From positions 37,944,001 through 38,008,000 of the forward strand of contig OZ024745.1 of the NCBI GenBank assembly GCA_964016885.1: a stretch of 64,000 nucleotides of DNA. Direction: 5' to 3'. The stretch is from Eledone cirrhosa. Taxonomy: Eukaryota. Shown piece after piece: positions 15,198-28,289 of this stretch. The first letter of the stretch is position 1, and every line of letters begins with the position of its first letter. Position numbers and translations under genes: made by a program. The notes below the pieces were generated by a model that saw only the letters and a program-made list of their open reading frames with translations, searched no databases and was not told the origin of the DNA.

Positions 15198-15668
15198 TTT
15201 TATCCGAATATCTCACAAATAACAATATTAAAGCATATTCGTGTATTCGTTTTGCTCGACATTCGGTTAGTTTAATTGCATATTTATTACTTCTTTGAGG
15301 TCTTTAAAACAGTTGAATAAGTTGGTTATTACTTATTGATAAAATTCTTTATATAACGTATAATTTAAAAGTAGTGTGCTGCGTATTTTGTACGCATATA
15401 TCTTTCAGAAATTAATTTATGCATCTACCTGCCACTAGCAAAATTCTACGCCAATCATGTATGGTTTCTAAAGACGTTTAATTAGGTACGGGACTTCGTG
15501 CGTGTGGTGCTCATATGTATTCTCTTTCAACCACTGTATATGATTCAAAAGACCACCTATTGTATCTTCTATTCCACCTTTTTAGCATATCAGAAATTTG
15601 GATTCTATTATACCATATGGTTGACCAGCGCATTGCACTTAAAATATGGTAGATGGAATCTGTACAGA

Positions 15669-15699
<31 letters not shown>

Positions 15700-15701
<2 letters not shown>

Positions 15702-16448
15702 GATAATTTAATATATCAACTAACATAAGCGCACAGATGTACGCTAATGTCAGCAAATACACAGGTTATGTCATAGTACCTAGGTGGTTCAATGCAGGAG
15801 GATGCAGAACAATAATATAAAAGACGTAAAATAAGAAAATTCTTTAAAAAAAGTTTTTAAAAAAAATTTTAACTTACTTACTTAAATTACTTACTTAAAT
15901 TTTCACTCCTTATTTTACGTCTTTTATATTATTGTTCTGCATCCTCCTGCATTGAACCACCTAGGTACTATGACATAACCTGTGTGTTTGCTGGCATTAG
16001 CGTACATCTGTGCGCTTATGTTAGTTGATATATTAAATTATCTATATTTATCTCCAAATCACTGATTTGTCGAGCAAACCTGCCAAAACCACTTCTAAAA
16101 AAATTTTTTTGGGGGTGTTAGTAGGCGTCTGTCATCTTACCATCCCATTCCTACTGACTAGCCTCTGTGTTACGTGATTGATTCTTTAGAATCGGCCACT
16201 TGACTAGAGGCAGTGAGGATTTCAGTGCATGGAATTCAGTCCCCGCTAGCTGTTCCATCTACCGAATTATTATTATTTTTATATGAGCCGCCAGTGTCCG
16301 CGCATTGCCTGGAGACTTAGCTGAGAATAGACTCCCTGATGACGCAATGAATTCTCGACAGTTAGATTATCCCATTGCAGAAACTAATTAGTTGGAGTGA
16401 AAATTTAAGTAAGTTAACATTTTTTTTAAAGAATTTTCTTATTTTACG

Positions 16449-16457
<9 letters not shown>
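15700..16457 (+). mobile_element. Non-coding HHR retroelement: inverted arm + 529-bp terminally redundant unit, in (TA)n
   Basis: 15700-15835 inverted to 15909-16045; cttattttacgtcttttatat repeated at 15909 and 16438; (TA)n on both sides; family member at 32150-32463 (-). Confidence 0.8.
16331..16398 (+). ncRNA. Type I hammerhead ribozyme
   Basis: actcc-CTGATGA-c-gcaatg...cattgc-a-GAAA-ctaattag-TT-ggagt; 5-bp stem I, 6-bp stem II, palindromic stem III. Confidence 0.8.
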
Positions 16458-16514
<57 letters not shown>

Positions 16515-16623
16515 GCAGGTTTGACTGTGATTTAGTCAGGCAAGTTTATATTCGATGGAAGCTTTTTGTATATAAATGAAGAATTTTATTCCATTTAATT
16601 ACATCATTGCTGTTTTACATATT

Positions 16624-16752
16624 TCTTCTTCTTCTTCTTCTTCTTCTTCTTCTTCTTCTTCTTCTTCTTCTTCTTCTTCTTCTTCTTCTTCTTCTTCTTC
16701 TGAGAGGGTTGTGGGGGCAGAGTCCTCGAACACTCCTTCCAGCAGCTCCTGT
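16624..16752 (-). mobile_element. (AAG)n tail plus ~50-bp 3' end of a 5'-truncated LINE (RTE-like)
   Basis: Perfect (TCT)n 16624-16701 abutting a GC-rich segment reading RSCWKECSRTLPPQPS on the minus strand. Confidence 0.4.
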
Positions 16753-16788
16753 CAGAGACAACTGTCTCCAACTAATCTAGCTGGATTT

Positions 16789-17747
16789 CACAAAAGGCGG
16801 AGGGGGTATTTATGGGGGTGTTTATGTCAAGGCCATAGAGCTAACCCTCCTACAACCTTTTGTGGTATTTTTATCTTGGTTGTAAGAGGCTTAGCTCTGT
16901 TTCTTGACAGCTGTATCACGTGATAAGTTCCCCCTCCACCTTTCGGGATTCTATCTCGCGTCCTACGGACGTGTTTTGAAACTCTAATTGAGGTATTCTC
17001 TTGATAAGTCGGCAAACCTCACAAAAATACTGCATCTCTATGATGTAATGTTTTTGCATAGTAGCCACGAATCTACGTAGTCGAGGATAGTGAAGGAATT
17101 TAGGTATATTATATATTTTTTTATTTATGTCTAATGTTTCTTCTTTTTTTTATAATGTATTATATAGCTCTGATATTGAATCAATCTAATCCATTAAGAT
17201 TATTTTGTACCTATTATTCATAGAGCAACAACGGTTAAGGTTGGCACCACACAAATCCAGGGATATATGTGGGTATATGCCTGTATATGTATGTATTCGC
17301 GTGTGTCTGTGTATTTCTTTGTATTGTTTATAACCTGCTACGGTAGAGTAACCATTGAAGTGTAGTGACTGCTGTATAGTTTACACTACTCACACTTCCC
17401 GCCCTCCTAACCAACTCGTCTACAGCCTTGACATAAATACCCCCTCCGCCTTTTGTGGTAGTTTTCTCTTGGTTGTAAGAGGCTTAGCTCTGTTTCTTGA
17501 CCGCTGTATCACGTGATAAGTTCCCCCTCCGCCTTTCGGGATTCTATCTCGCTTCCTACGGACGTGTTTTGAAACTCTAATTGAGGTATTCTCTTGATAA
17601 GTCGGCAAACCTCACAAAAATACTGCATCTCTATGATGTAATGTTTTTGCATAGTAGCCACGAAACTACGTAGTCGAGGATAGTGAAGGAATTTAGGTAT
17701 ATTATATTTTTTTTATTTATGTATAATGTTCTTCTTTCTTTACAATG

Positions 17748-17750
<3 letters not shown>
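16789..17750 (+). mobile_element. Non-coding HHR retroelement: ~1.5 copies of a 593-bp unit with short inverted 5' piece
   Basis: 16850-17160 repeated at 17443-17750; 16789-16838 inverted to 17420-17458; ends in (TA)n. Confidence 0.8.
17587..17682 (+). ncRNA. Type I hammerhead ribozyme, U3-A8 core variant (second copy 16994-17089 has GAAT)
   Basis: tattctc-TTGATAA-gt(c)ggc...gccac-GAAA-ctacgtag-TC-gaggata. Confidence 0.75.
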
Positions 17751-17824
<74 letters not shown>

Positions 17825-19239
17825 GAGAGAGAGAGAACATATTTCGTTATATGGCCTGATTTTGTTCTGGATATTCCACTTCAGCAGCATACTTCATTCT
17901 ACTGACTTCACTACAAAAGGCTTTGCAATAAATATTTCTACCATTGATTTCTGTCATGTTATCAAGGGAGAGATATTTTTATGCATATGTCATAAAAGAA
18001 ACTAACGAATTCTTTAAATATCTCTAAACAAAAAGAAGCAAAACAATAACTGATGTGCGTTAGTCAAAGCAATTTTATATTCATAAATATCTAAGTTTTA
18101 TAAGAGATTCTAATTTGAAAAATGAATACATTCCTTTTATATTTATTGCCTCTATCTAAATTCATTTGTGGTATAAGAATTAAAAATTATGGCTGTAAAC
18201 TCAAATCATATCGATAACATTCACAGATATTCTTCTATCTTTTTTATGTTGTTTATTGTTGTTAGACTCACGTCGGTTCTGACGACGAGTGTTCCAGTTA
18301 TATGTTCAATCATGAAATTAATGTGCAAGTGACTGAGCGTTCCATAAACATGAGGTTGAATTACATGTTCAATTCGTTTTTTGCTAGTCGACAGAAGCAA
18401 CTAGAAAAAAACAACGCTCGATGAGTTACGGAATTAAGATCTTAAGCCAAACACCTGAACCACTACGTCAGGCACATAGATGGATAAACCGTGGACATAT
18501 GACACAGGATAACCAAATATCGTGGGCTAAAATGAAATAAACAACCATCGATTTTGACGATGAATATTCTAGTTGTTCGATTCCACAAACTGCTTGTTCC
18601 TGAAATTATCGTGTAAGTGACTCAACAATCCAAAGAGCCGTGTACAGTGTGTGTGTGACAAGGCCGATCCTTTTAATCACAGGGATAGTCAATCTGACAG
18701 TTATTTCTGTTTTCCCAATTTCCCTCAAAATCTAGGGTCAACCTGTGACTAAATGATACTTACCCAACATGCCACGATTAGATAACTTCATGTTTGCGAA
18801 GCGAACTTTTTAATCATTGGAACATGCCTCCTCTAAGCTACAATTCATTATAAATTTATAAAAACAAGTATTGATGAGAATACATACAATCATTTTTTAA
18901 TGTAAATGCCTTGTGGAATCATCAATACTAGTGTTTTAATATGTCGGGAAGTATATCAAACGCCCTATTTGTATTTTTATTTATTTTTCTTATTTTATCA
19001 CTCTTGTCGCTTTATTTTTCAGAGACAGGTAGAAGGAAGCGAGGAACGTAATTCAAAATGGAGACTGGTCAAATGCTTTCATCATAGAGAATTTCACTAA
19101 CCTGCAAAATTGCCAGGTAGTAGTGGTAAATAGATACTGCTTGAAGTAAACATCCCACGAACAAGGACACAAAGTGTCGAAAGAAATACCGTAAGCTATC
19201 ACATCTGACTCTAAGAATTCCGCCTGTCTATCACACTGA

Positions 19240-20093
19240 ACTGGTACTTAATTTCATCGGTGAATTGCAAATTTGATCTCGGTGCTAATTGAATTCAGAG
19301 CGCAGATTTCCGAGGCAAATAGTGCATATTCTTTTGTCCTATGTTCAGATCACTCTACCAATTCGCCACTTATTGGTACATGTTTCTCTTTTCCCAGAAG
19401 GATGAAAGGTAAATTCAACCTAGGCTAGTTTTGAAAATAGGACGCAAATGATAACAGTACTAAGTGAATAAGATACAATATGTAACAATAAGAGAAATAA
19501 AAATAAGAAGAATCTTTCTAAAGTAGGCACCTGGCCGAAAAGTTTCGAGCAATGAGTTGGTAGATTAAAACAACCGTAATGATTATATTACCGAACGTAG
19601 AATAATGAAGGGCAAAATTGAACTCCAAACGTAAATATCTGTAGTTAATGCTCTACTGATTCTGTCAATAATGGTTATATGATAATTGTTTCTACTTTTG
19701 GCACAAGGCCAGCAATTATTCCAGTGCATTACTGGTACTTTATTTTATCGACCCCTTAAGGATGAAAGGCAAAGTTAGCCTCGGCGGATTTGAACTCAGA
19801 CTGTAAAGGGCGTTACTCTATGCAGCAAAGCATAGCGCCCAATCCTCTACCGATACTGCCAGTTATATGATAATGATTTCTTATATAGGCACAAGGCCAG
19901 CAATTTTTTTGGGGAGGGGAAAGTCGATTAAATCGACTCCAGTGCGTGACTGGTACTTTATTTTATCGACCCCGTAAGAATGAAAGGCAAAGTTAACCTC
20001 GGCGGAATTTGAACTCAGATCATAAAAGGTCGTAACCCTATGTGCAAAGCATGGCGTCCGACCCTCTACCGATACTGCCAGTTATATGATAAT
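19240..20093 (-). mobile_element. SINE cluster: two young copies (19682-19861, 19885-20080) plus older degenerate copies
   Basis: Similarity to the 1403 SINE; gttatatgataat repeated at 19674, 19862 and 20081. Confidence 0.85.
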
Positions 20094-20918
20094 GATAATG
20101 AATTAGCTTTTCATCACTAAATCACCTAAAACAATATACACATTGACCACCTAATACCAATCGCACTCCAAATTATCTAAACAATGGCCACCTAACAACA
20201 TCCATACACTACATTCTCTACACAATCACTAACATTAAAACACATGGCTCCGCTCACACTGTACATACGAAACACAAACCCCATCCCCCAAAATAACAAT
20301 TCCCATTACAGAAAACTCGATAATGGATCTTCAGTATGTTTCGATAATGATCACCCAATTATTCGATCAATTGAACTTCCAGCATATGAATTAAGTTGTA
20401 AATGTGACTTTAACATAATTCTAAAGCTAATTAGCGTGACATATGTGTCAACGATAGAAGTTTTAACTACAAGATTCTTTCACCTGTTTGGCTTCAATAC
20501 AATTTTCGTCTATACAATTCCATTCATATATACTCTACAAAGTAAATGATAGAACGAGCAAACCTTTACAGGGATGCACAATAAGGTAAAAGTAGCAACT
20601 AAAACTCCCTCAAATCACATCCCAAAGTCTTAGAAAATGATACATTAAATAACGTGTTTTGGGGTTGTCAGTATCAGAAAAAAAAGGCTGGATGGTCATG
20701 AATGGAGAACCGTTAATCATAGGTCTGCCCGATCAGGAATAACTCAACGACTAGCAGCAACAACAACAGCAACAACAACAACAACAGCAACAACAACAGC
20801 AAATGAAATAGTAAAATAATGCTTGAAACAATACACTCTATTGTAGTATGTTTACAAACATGGCCTAACACACCTCTGAATCACACACGTACACACACAT
20901 ACACACACACGCGCGCAC

Positions 20919-20950
<32 letters not shown>

Positions 20951-21128
20951 TACGATGCAGATAAGAATAAATAATATTTGGAAATATCAGGTAAAGTAAA
21001 CCTGGAGGATGCAAGAAATGGATACAGACGCCTGCAAGGAATCGAGCTAATCATCTTCCACACACCGCTCAAGCGCACATAATCATGATACCAGAGCACA
21101 CACACACGCATATATATATATATATATA

Positions 21129-21260
21129 TAGGAAAAGAGTCAGGACCCCAGGGGTCCTGACTCTTTTTCTAGTACCCATTCTACTACCCTAAACCCTAAG
21201 TATCGAGTACTCTGGTGCGTTATGGTCCATCTGGTTTCTTACCACACTTTCTTTGTTATA
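21129..21260 (+). mobile_element. Minimal fold-back PLE remnant (same family as 11245 and 47808) in (TA)n
   Basis: Near-perfect palindrome taggaaaagagtcaggacccc-a-ggggtcctgactctttttcta followed by the family tail (ctactaccct...gagtactctggtgcgttatggtccat). Confidence 0.8.
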
Positions 21261-21262
21261 CA

Positions 21263-21360
<98 letters not shown>

Positions 21361-22321
21361 GAATAAGTGAACAGAGCACAAACAACAGAGGCAGTACAAA
21401 TGGTAGGTTTTTAGTTTCACGCTTGAGATGGGGGGTGGGGGACGACGTTTCGGTCATAGGCCCGTCATCAGGAGAACAGTGGGTGGGAAGAGTGTTCCGA
21501 GGGTGAGTGGGGGAGTGTTGGACAGACATTTTAAAAAAAAGTTGGGGGAGGAGAAAAGGGGGGAAAAATAATTTTTAAAGAGTAAAGGAAATTTTTTAAA
21601 AGTAGAAATAAAAATAAAAATTTAAAATAAAAATATAAATAAAAATATAAAAAAAATATATATATATACATTTATATATATATAAACTTAAATTATATTC
21701 ATCACCATCGTCATCAACATCAGGATATAAAAGAGAATTGCTTACCTTGTTATAGTGAATCTTCCTTGTTACTGCCACATTGATATTGTAGAACAGGTTC
21801 GTACGTTATAGTTATTTCTCTATATACATTATTTTGTAACATACACACATACACACAACACCATACACAACTTATGCCTCTCTCGCTATATTCCGACTAA
21901 CCACCAGAAAAATGACTGCAGCCAAATAGTCGTTACAACGATATGAATGGTGGCAGCTACAGTCGTACTAGTGATGACGTTTACCGTTGTTTTTAGTAGT
22001 GATGGTGATGGTGATGGTGACAGTGATGGTGATAACTCTGGTATGTTGTTATGGAGAAGACATCGTTATGTTACAGACGTTTGTAGTGGCGGGGGTGGTG
22101 CGGTGGTTGATATGCTGGTGGTGGTTATGGTGATGCTAATGGTGGGTATGGTGTATGTTGTTACAAACTAACACACACATTCCCACTCTCTCCCTCTAAC
22201 TATTTCCTCTTGTTCACATTTTATATAATTTTCCCGCCCTCTTCCTCTCTAAAATGCGCATGAAAAACATCGGTGTTTCGTTTAATAACTCTGTCTATCG
22301 CTCCCTCTTTCTCCCTCTTTC

Positions 22322-22445
<124 letters not shown>

Positions 22446-23221
22446 TATTTAAATAGCAAAAGTAGAAAGCGCAGGTGTATTTTTGATGGTTCTTGTTTCC
22501 TTAAATCCGATGGAATTCATATTTTTATATTTGTTTCATCCAATGAAGTTAAATATTAGTTTCGATTAGTATGTCAATGTTATCAAATATTAAAAATGTT
22601 CGTTCTCTTATTCTGTGGGCAGTGAGAACATATGTGGACTTTCTGTGAATATCACTTATGTATATGTTCTTTATGTTGTGGTGGTGACGGGTGAAGTGGT
22701 ATTCAACAGGTCAGTATTCAATTGATTTACGAGAAAATTCTATTGTTCACTAAATACAAGGTTTTTGATTATTAATATAACAGATATAACGTATCTTTTG
22801 TGTGAAAGAACAAAGAGACCTGCCTACTTTGTTGATAATACTGTCATAACCATATTTTTCTAGGTGTAAAGAAAACCTACAACTTTAAACTTTAATTTTA
22901 TGTAATAGAAAGTTCCATTTCTATTCAGAATAAAGGCCAACATGGTACTTTGTTATTCCGTGGTGTTTGTGTTTGTGTGTGTGTCAAATTTCAAGTTTGT
23001 TTTCAGAGTATGTAAAGAAATGTATGTATGCATGTATGGTCCGGAGACTCCTGATAGAGTCATAGGGGCGCCGTATTGACATACGGCGTTTCTTGAGCAT
23101 TTTAAGCCTGGCGGAGCCCATCCCTCTCCAGGCCTGAGTACAACAGATTTCTTCTAGAGAAAGATAAAAAGTGAGAGAGTGGAAAATCAGAATAGATATG
23201 GAAGAATCGACCGTAGAATTA

Positions 23222-23374
23222 GACTGGTACTATTTTTTTCATCGACCTCGAAAGGATGAAAGGCGAGGAAAGTTTACCTCGGCTTGTTTTGAACTCTGAG
23301 AGCAGAGAGCCAGAACGAATACCAAAAAAAAAAAATCATTCTATCCGACGTTCTAACGACTCTGCCAATTCGCC
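23222..23374 (-). mobile_element. Older diverged SINE copy
   Basis: gactggtac...atcgacctcgaaaggatgaaaggc...gaactc...ctgccaattcgcc. Confidence 0.7.
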
Positions 23375-23761
23375 ACTGATTGTAATTGAACATAAAATAT
23401 AAATAAATAAATAAAAATAGATATAAACATAATTGAAATATCAACTAATATTACAAAGGCAAATATATTAATATAAAGCGGAAATATTAACACTATAAAA
23501 AAACTATTCAGTGACAAAATGTTTTTCAGTGCTGAAGAATTGTTTGTTGGGGTGTGATATCTTTAGAAAAGTTGTGACCTTTCACTTGGCTTGTGTGTGG
23601 ATTTGTGTGTGGGTTTCTGTGCGTGTTTGTAAAGTGTTCAAATTTATTTTAATGTTTGCTGTTAAAATGAAGAATAAAAACGAAGCGAAATAAATGAATA
23701 AGAATACAAAACAAATAACAGGTTGACTGATAAAATGACAAGTCAGTCAATCATATTGATG

Positions 23762-23864
23762 GCCTCCCCACAGCTCCGGCGCACAGAATGGAGAGGGTGT
23801 TTCCCCGAAGGACGGCAAGGTAGACGCGCTGGATGAGCCATTCCAACTCGCGAGCGCACACCTG
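23762..23864 (-). mobile_element. 3' fragment of CRE-like non-LTR element (same family as 27195)
   Basis: Minus strand reads RELEWLIQRVYLAVLRGNTLSILCAG, alignable to 27480-27575. Confidence 0.7.
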
Positions 23865-24160
23865 AGATAGAGACATGACTGAAATCGGTCCTTTGAGGAA
23901 GAGGGTGTTTAAAATTGTCAAAGAAGAGGTTGTTAGAAATTGAATAGATAAATGCTAATAAACCAAACTTTGAGGTGTAACTTTTCAGTCAGGAAATTTG
24001 TCTTTGGCGTTGTTTTTCCTTTCACCATGTGGTGTATGTGTGTGTGAGTGTGTGGGCGTGTGTGGGCGTATATATGTGTGTGGTTACACATACATATATT
24101 TGTTCACAGAAGTGTGTAAATTATTGGCTGCAATATATAGATCATTATATTTTAATTTAA

Positions 24161-24341
24161 GGGCACTATCGGTAGAAGGTCGGACGCCATGCTTTGACGC
24201 ATAGAGTTACGGCCCTTGCCATTCTGAGTTCAAATCCCGCCGAGGTTAACTTTTCCTTTCATCCTTACGGGGTCGATAAAATAAAGTACCAGTAATACAC
24301 TGGTTAATTGCTGGCCTTGTGCCAAAAGTGGAAACAATTAT
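24161..24341 (+). mobile_element. tRNA-derived SINE with 14-bp TSD
   Basis: attatattttaatt at 24144-24157 and 24337-24350. Confidence 0.85.
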
Positions 24342-24764
24342 ATTTTAATTGTGGTAAATATTCGTCAATGCTTTCCTTTATTTATTCTCCGTTGTTAAGT
24401 GAAAGAGTGTGAGCACTTGTAAAGGGGGAATATTGAAATTTGATAAGTCTGTTCTTGCACATGCTTCAATGTGATAATTTAACAAGATTTGTCTCATGTT
24501 TTCATCGCGGAATTATTAGCGGTGTATGGTCATTCCTTTGTGTGATGGCAATCCCTTCCGTCCTATGTAATTTTGCAGATATCCACATCATGTAATCACA
24601 CAGATTATATTTTCCGAGTAGCAAGTGAAATTGTTTTTACTCTGAACCTCTGAAGGTTTGTTTTTCCATTCATAGAATTGAATTTTGCTCCTTCTTCTTC
24701 TTGATTACTTGTGTGGAGGGGGGGGGGGTATTATTACGAAATAACCGAAAGAATGCAATCAGGA

Positions 24765-25310
24765 ATACAAGCGGCCGAATTGGGGTTCTTCCGAAAGGGT
24801 TTGGAATAAAGTTACTCGATAGAATGCGTAGCTCAGAGATTAAAACTTCACTCCAGGTTGATTCAGTACTTCTCCGATAATAGGAGCATGCGGTGGAAAT
24901 GTTTCATAAAGAATCACTGGACAGATTTTACGAGCAATCAAACCGGCAGGTAAACTAAATGTAAACCTCGAGCAAGATGGCGATCAATTAGTGCCGGTTG
25001 AGCAGGATTGACATGCGCAGCCGGGTTGGAAGCGGGGTCATGTCTGGTTGGTGTAAAATCAGTCGGCTGGAATATGCAGACGACATTGTGTTACTTAACT
25101 CGACAGAATATGATCACCGAATGGCACTTGATAGGTTTGATGCCGAGTGTTATATGAAATTAAAATCAATGCACTCTACATCTGAGTGGAGTTCCATTGA
25201 AGCAGGTAGAGAAGTTCAAGTATCTCGGGGCCGTGTTCACTTCACGAGTGATGGGAGGCAGCAGGCTGATTTAATTGCAAGAATTTCAAGAGGCGGTGCT
25301 ATAATTCCGG
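24765..25310 (+). pseudogene. Degraded RTE-clade LINE fragments
   Basis: RIQAAELGFFR...LLDRMRSSEI and LEYADDIVLL...QVEKFKYLG...FTSDGR motifs across frameshifts. Confidence 0.65.
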
Positions 25311-26974
25311 AACACCCGCTTCCTTGAACTTTTCTATACGATTTTTTTTCGCATTATCAACGAATATGACATCCGAATCATTAAGATACGACTGTCTATG
25401 TAGAAAAAAGTTAGGTGTATGGGAGAGGAAGGACCATCGGGGATTTGCAGATCTACACTCGATGCGTTTGGTGGGAAATAATTATTTTTCTTCGTTTATT
25501 TTTCATGCGCGATGAACTAATCTGACTTTCCCGGATTAGAGTTAATGTTAGGTTTGGGTTTAGGGTTAGTGTTCGGTTTTCCGTTTTCGGGGGGGGGGGG
25601 GGTGTTCTAATGATATGAACCTTTGTCGTATCATGAAAGGCAACCTGTAATGAAGTATCTTCTTCAGGAACAGTGATCCAGCATCGAACCTTCAGTTTTA
25701 TGATCGTAAGTTCAACACTCTGACCACCACACAACCCACCGTATATCAATCTACTGGAAATTAGTGCTGGGAAAGAGTGAAACTCTGGGCCTCTAAGAGA
25801 ACCAGCCGTTTGGTCTTGTATCCAAAAACACTGGATAATTTCAAAAATCCCTCGTCTAATACTACTACAATTTAGAGTAAAGCTCTGCAAGACCCAGGCA
25901 TACATGTCTCCCATCTCCACACCGCTAAAGTTGTCCAAAGGGAAAGTAAAGGCCGATACTAATTAGCAGCAGTATAAAATCGCAACTCATCTTTACAGCT
26001 GAGTGTACAGGAATAACTTGAAATACAGTGGCTTCTTAAAGGATACAGTGCTCTGTCTGGTCAAGGAATCAAACTCTGGCTTTTTAACTGTGAGCTCAAC
26101 ACGCTAAATACCAATCTACAGACTTTCACAAATATCAGTAAAATACTGGAATAAATTCAATTGGTTATACTTGGCAGTCCTAACAAAACTGGCTTTTTAG
26201 CTACGTGGAAAATATTTCATATCAATGACAATAAGGAAATAAAAGATTGGACGGCTATATGTATATTGTAGATGGGCATGTGTGTATTTGAACGTGTGCA
26301 TGTGTGTAGGTGCGGCTGAATCAGTAAGACAGCATTAAAAATAATAACTATGTTGAGGGAAATTTTTCAAATGCTGAGATAAAATTAAGGAGGAGAATGT
26401 ACATGTTATTTAAAGGATGAGGGATAGACTGAATATGAAAAAGAGAAGGGGGCATGTTGAAAGAGTCTGTGCCTTTATAGCTAATAAAGCTTAGATGGAA
26501 ACAAAGAAAAATGTTAAGAAAAAAGTAAGAATAGGCATGGAAGTGATGAAGTGGAGGGATAGATAACTAAGGGGAGAGAGTGAAAACATGACCTAGAGTA
26601 GATAGCAGCAAACGTGACGTCAGACAATAGGGAAAGATGAAGAAAAGGAGAGGGGGAAGAGGATGATATAATATATTGTTTAATTGAGTTCATTTTACTC
26701 AATATAAATGTTATTGAAAATAGTTCACAATGAAATTTATTCGCGGCCCCGTTTAGATTACTGGCAAGGGCCTGTGTATCTTATTTAGATTACAATTGAA
26801 CACATAAATAAACATACACGTATGTATGTATGTATGTATGTATGTATGTATGTATGTATGTATGTATGTACACACCGACACACACACACTCTCACACTCC
26901 ACACACACATATATACATATATATATATGCACGTTTGCATGCATGTATGTTTTGGTTATATTATTTTCACTGAG

Positions 26975-27005
26975 AGAGAGAGAGAGAGTGGGAGAGAGAG
27001 AGAGA

Positions 27006-27079
<74 letters not shown>
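26975..27079. repeat. (GA)n microsatellite
   Basis: Directly visible. Confidence 0.95.
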
Positions 27080-27080
<1 letters not shown>

Positions 27081-27194
27081 GGTTTCTAATATAGAAACAA
27101 GTCTCATTGTAATTCGGACATCTAAGAATGCATGTATGTATGTATTCATGTATAGATGTGTGTAAATTTGTGATTGAATGTATATATAGCATCG

Positions 27195-27605
27195 AGGGGG
27201 TGGCAAAAGGCTAGATGGCATGACCATCTTCCCGTCCCGCGGTGGCAAACCCCTCGCCTCGGATGCCACTTGCACCGACACTTTCTGCAGCCGCAACTTG
27301 GTGCAGTCTGCGACTGACCCAGGTTCTGCTGCACGTCGGGCTGAGGGGGCCAAACTCCTCAAATACCGGTCGCCCTCCGAGAGGTTTGCGGTCGTACCCC
27401 TGGCAGTGGAGACTTCTGGGGTCCTTGGCCCCAGGGCTACCTCCTTACTCACCACCATAGGCGCTGAGCTGGCCAGCCGCAGGTGTGAGCCCCGCGAGTT
27501 GGAGTGGCTTTTCCAGCGCGTCTCCCTTGCCATCCTCCGGGGAAACACCTTCTCCATTCTGTCCGCCGGGGTTGTGGGTGGGCCCCATCGCGTACCGTTG
27601 TGGTT
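27195..27605 (+). pseudogene. C-terminal restriction-like endonuclease (RLE) domain of a CRE-clade non-LTR retrotransposon, 5'-truncated
   Basis: RLDGMTIFP..GGKPLA.DATCTDT...AE..K..KY...PLAVETSG.LG...QRVSLAILRGN, the PD-(D/E)xK-type C-terminus of CRE elements. Confidence 0.75.
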
Positions 27606-27839
27606 GTATATATGTATATATATATATATTTCTTTTGATTATTGTTAGTTATATATACATTCCATAACATTTTAATACGTAACAGCAATTTTACTTTTCC
27701 AGTTGTTCTATCAACGGAATAACCAAGATTAATATAGCATTAGCATATGAGTTTCTCGCTCTATATCTTATATATCGGTTCGAACATTCGCAAAATAATA
27801 TTGGTCGCTGAATCTGACATAATTCTTTCGCCTGGTGTT

Positions 27840-28150
27840 ACAGAATTTTCCAGAAAATCACAGATCGGAAAATTGCCAGGAACTGTGCGAAACCTATTGC
27901 TTCTCTTCCAGCAACTGGACTGTAATTTGTTCTTGAAGATCCACTTTCTTCATTCACACTTCAATTTCTTACCAGAAAATTGTGGTGCGGTGAGCCACGA
28001 ACACGGAAAGCGTTTTATCATGATATTGTAGCCATGGAAAATTTTTTTGATAAATTGAGCCCAAATATGTTAGCAGATTACTGCTAGTTAGGTACAGGAG
28101 ATGCACCAGAACGTGACTACAAGAGCCAGGTTAAGAAACGCCGTGTAATA
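27840..28150 (+). pseudogene. DNA transposase C-terminal fragment (probably CMC/Chapaev-3-like)
   Basis: LDCNLFLKIHFLHSHFNFLPENCGAVSHEHGKRF...PNMLADYC; family assignment from memory. Confidence 0.6.
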
Positions 28151-28289
28151 AATTTTATTTTTAAATCATAAAACCTCAAATATCTAACAAATTCGACCTA
28201 ATCACTCAATTATTTTGTCATTTTCAAGTTCGGCGCACCAAAATGCAGAAAGAAATTAATATTTGAGCTCTGAAGCAGACAGTCTTGGA

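Noticed and set aside
19013-19122. Possible spliced exon (tttttcag...cag|gtagt)
   Set aside because: Splice-like signals only; no recognisable protein or partner exons.
25536-25575. Telomere-like ttaggg repeats
   Set aside because: Only a few degenerate units, likely internal to a small transposon; not an interstitial telomere array.
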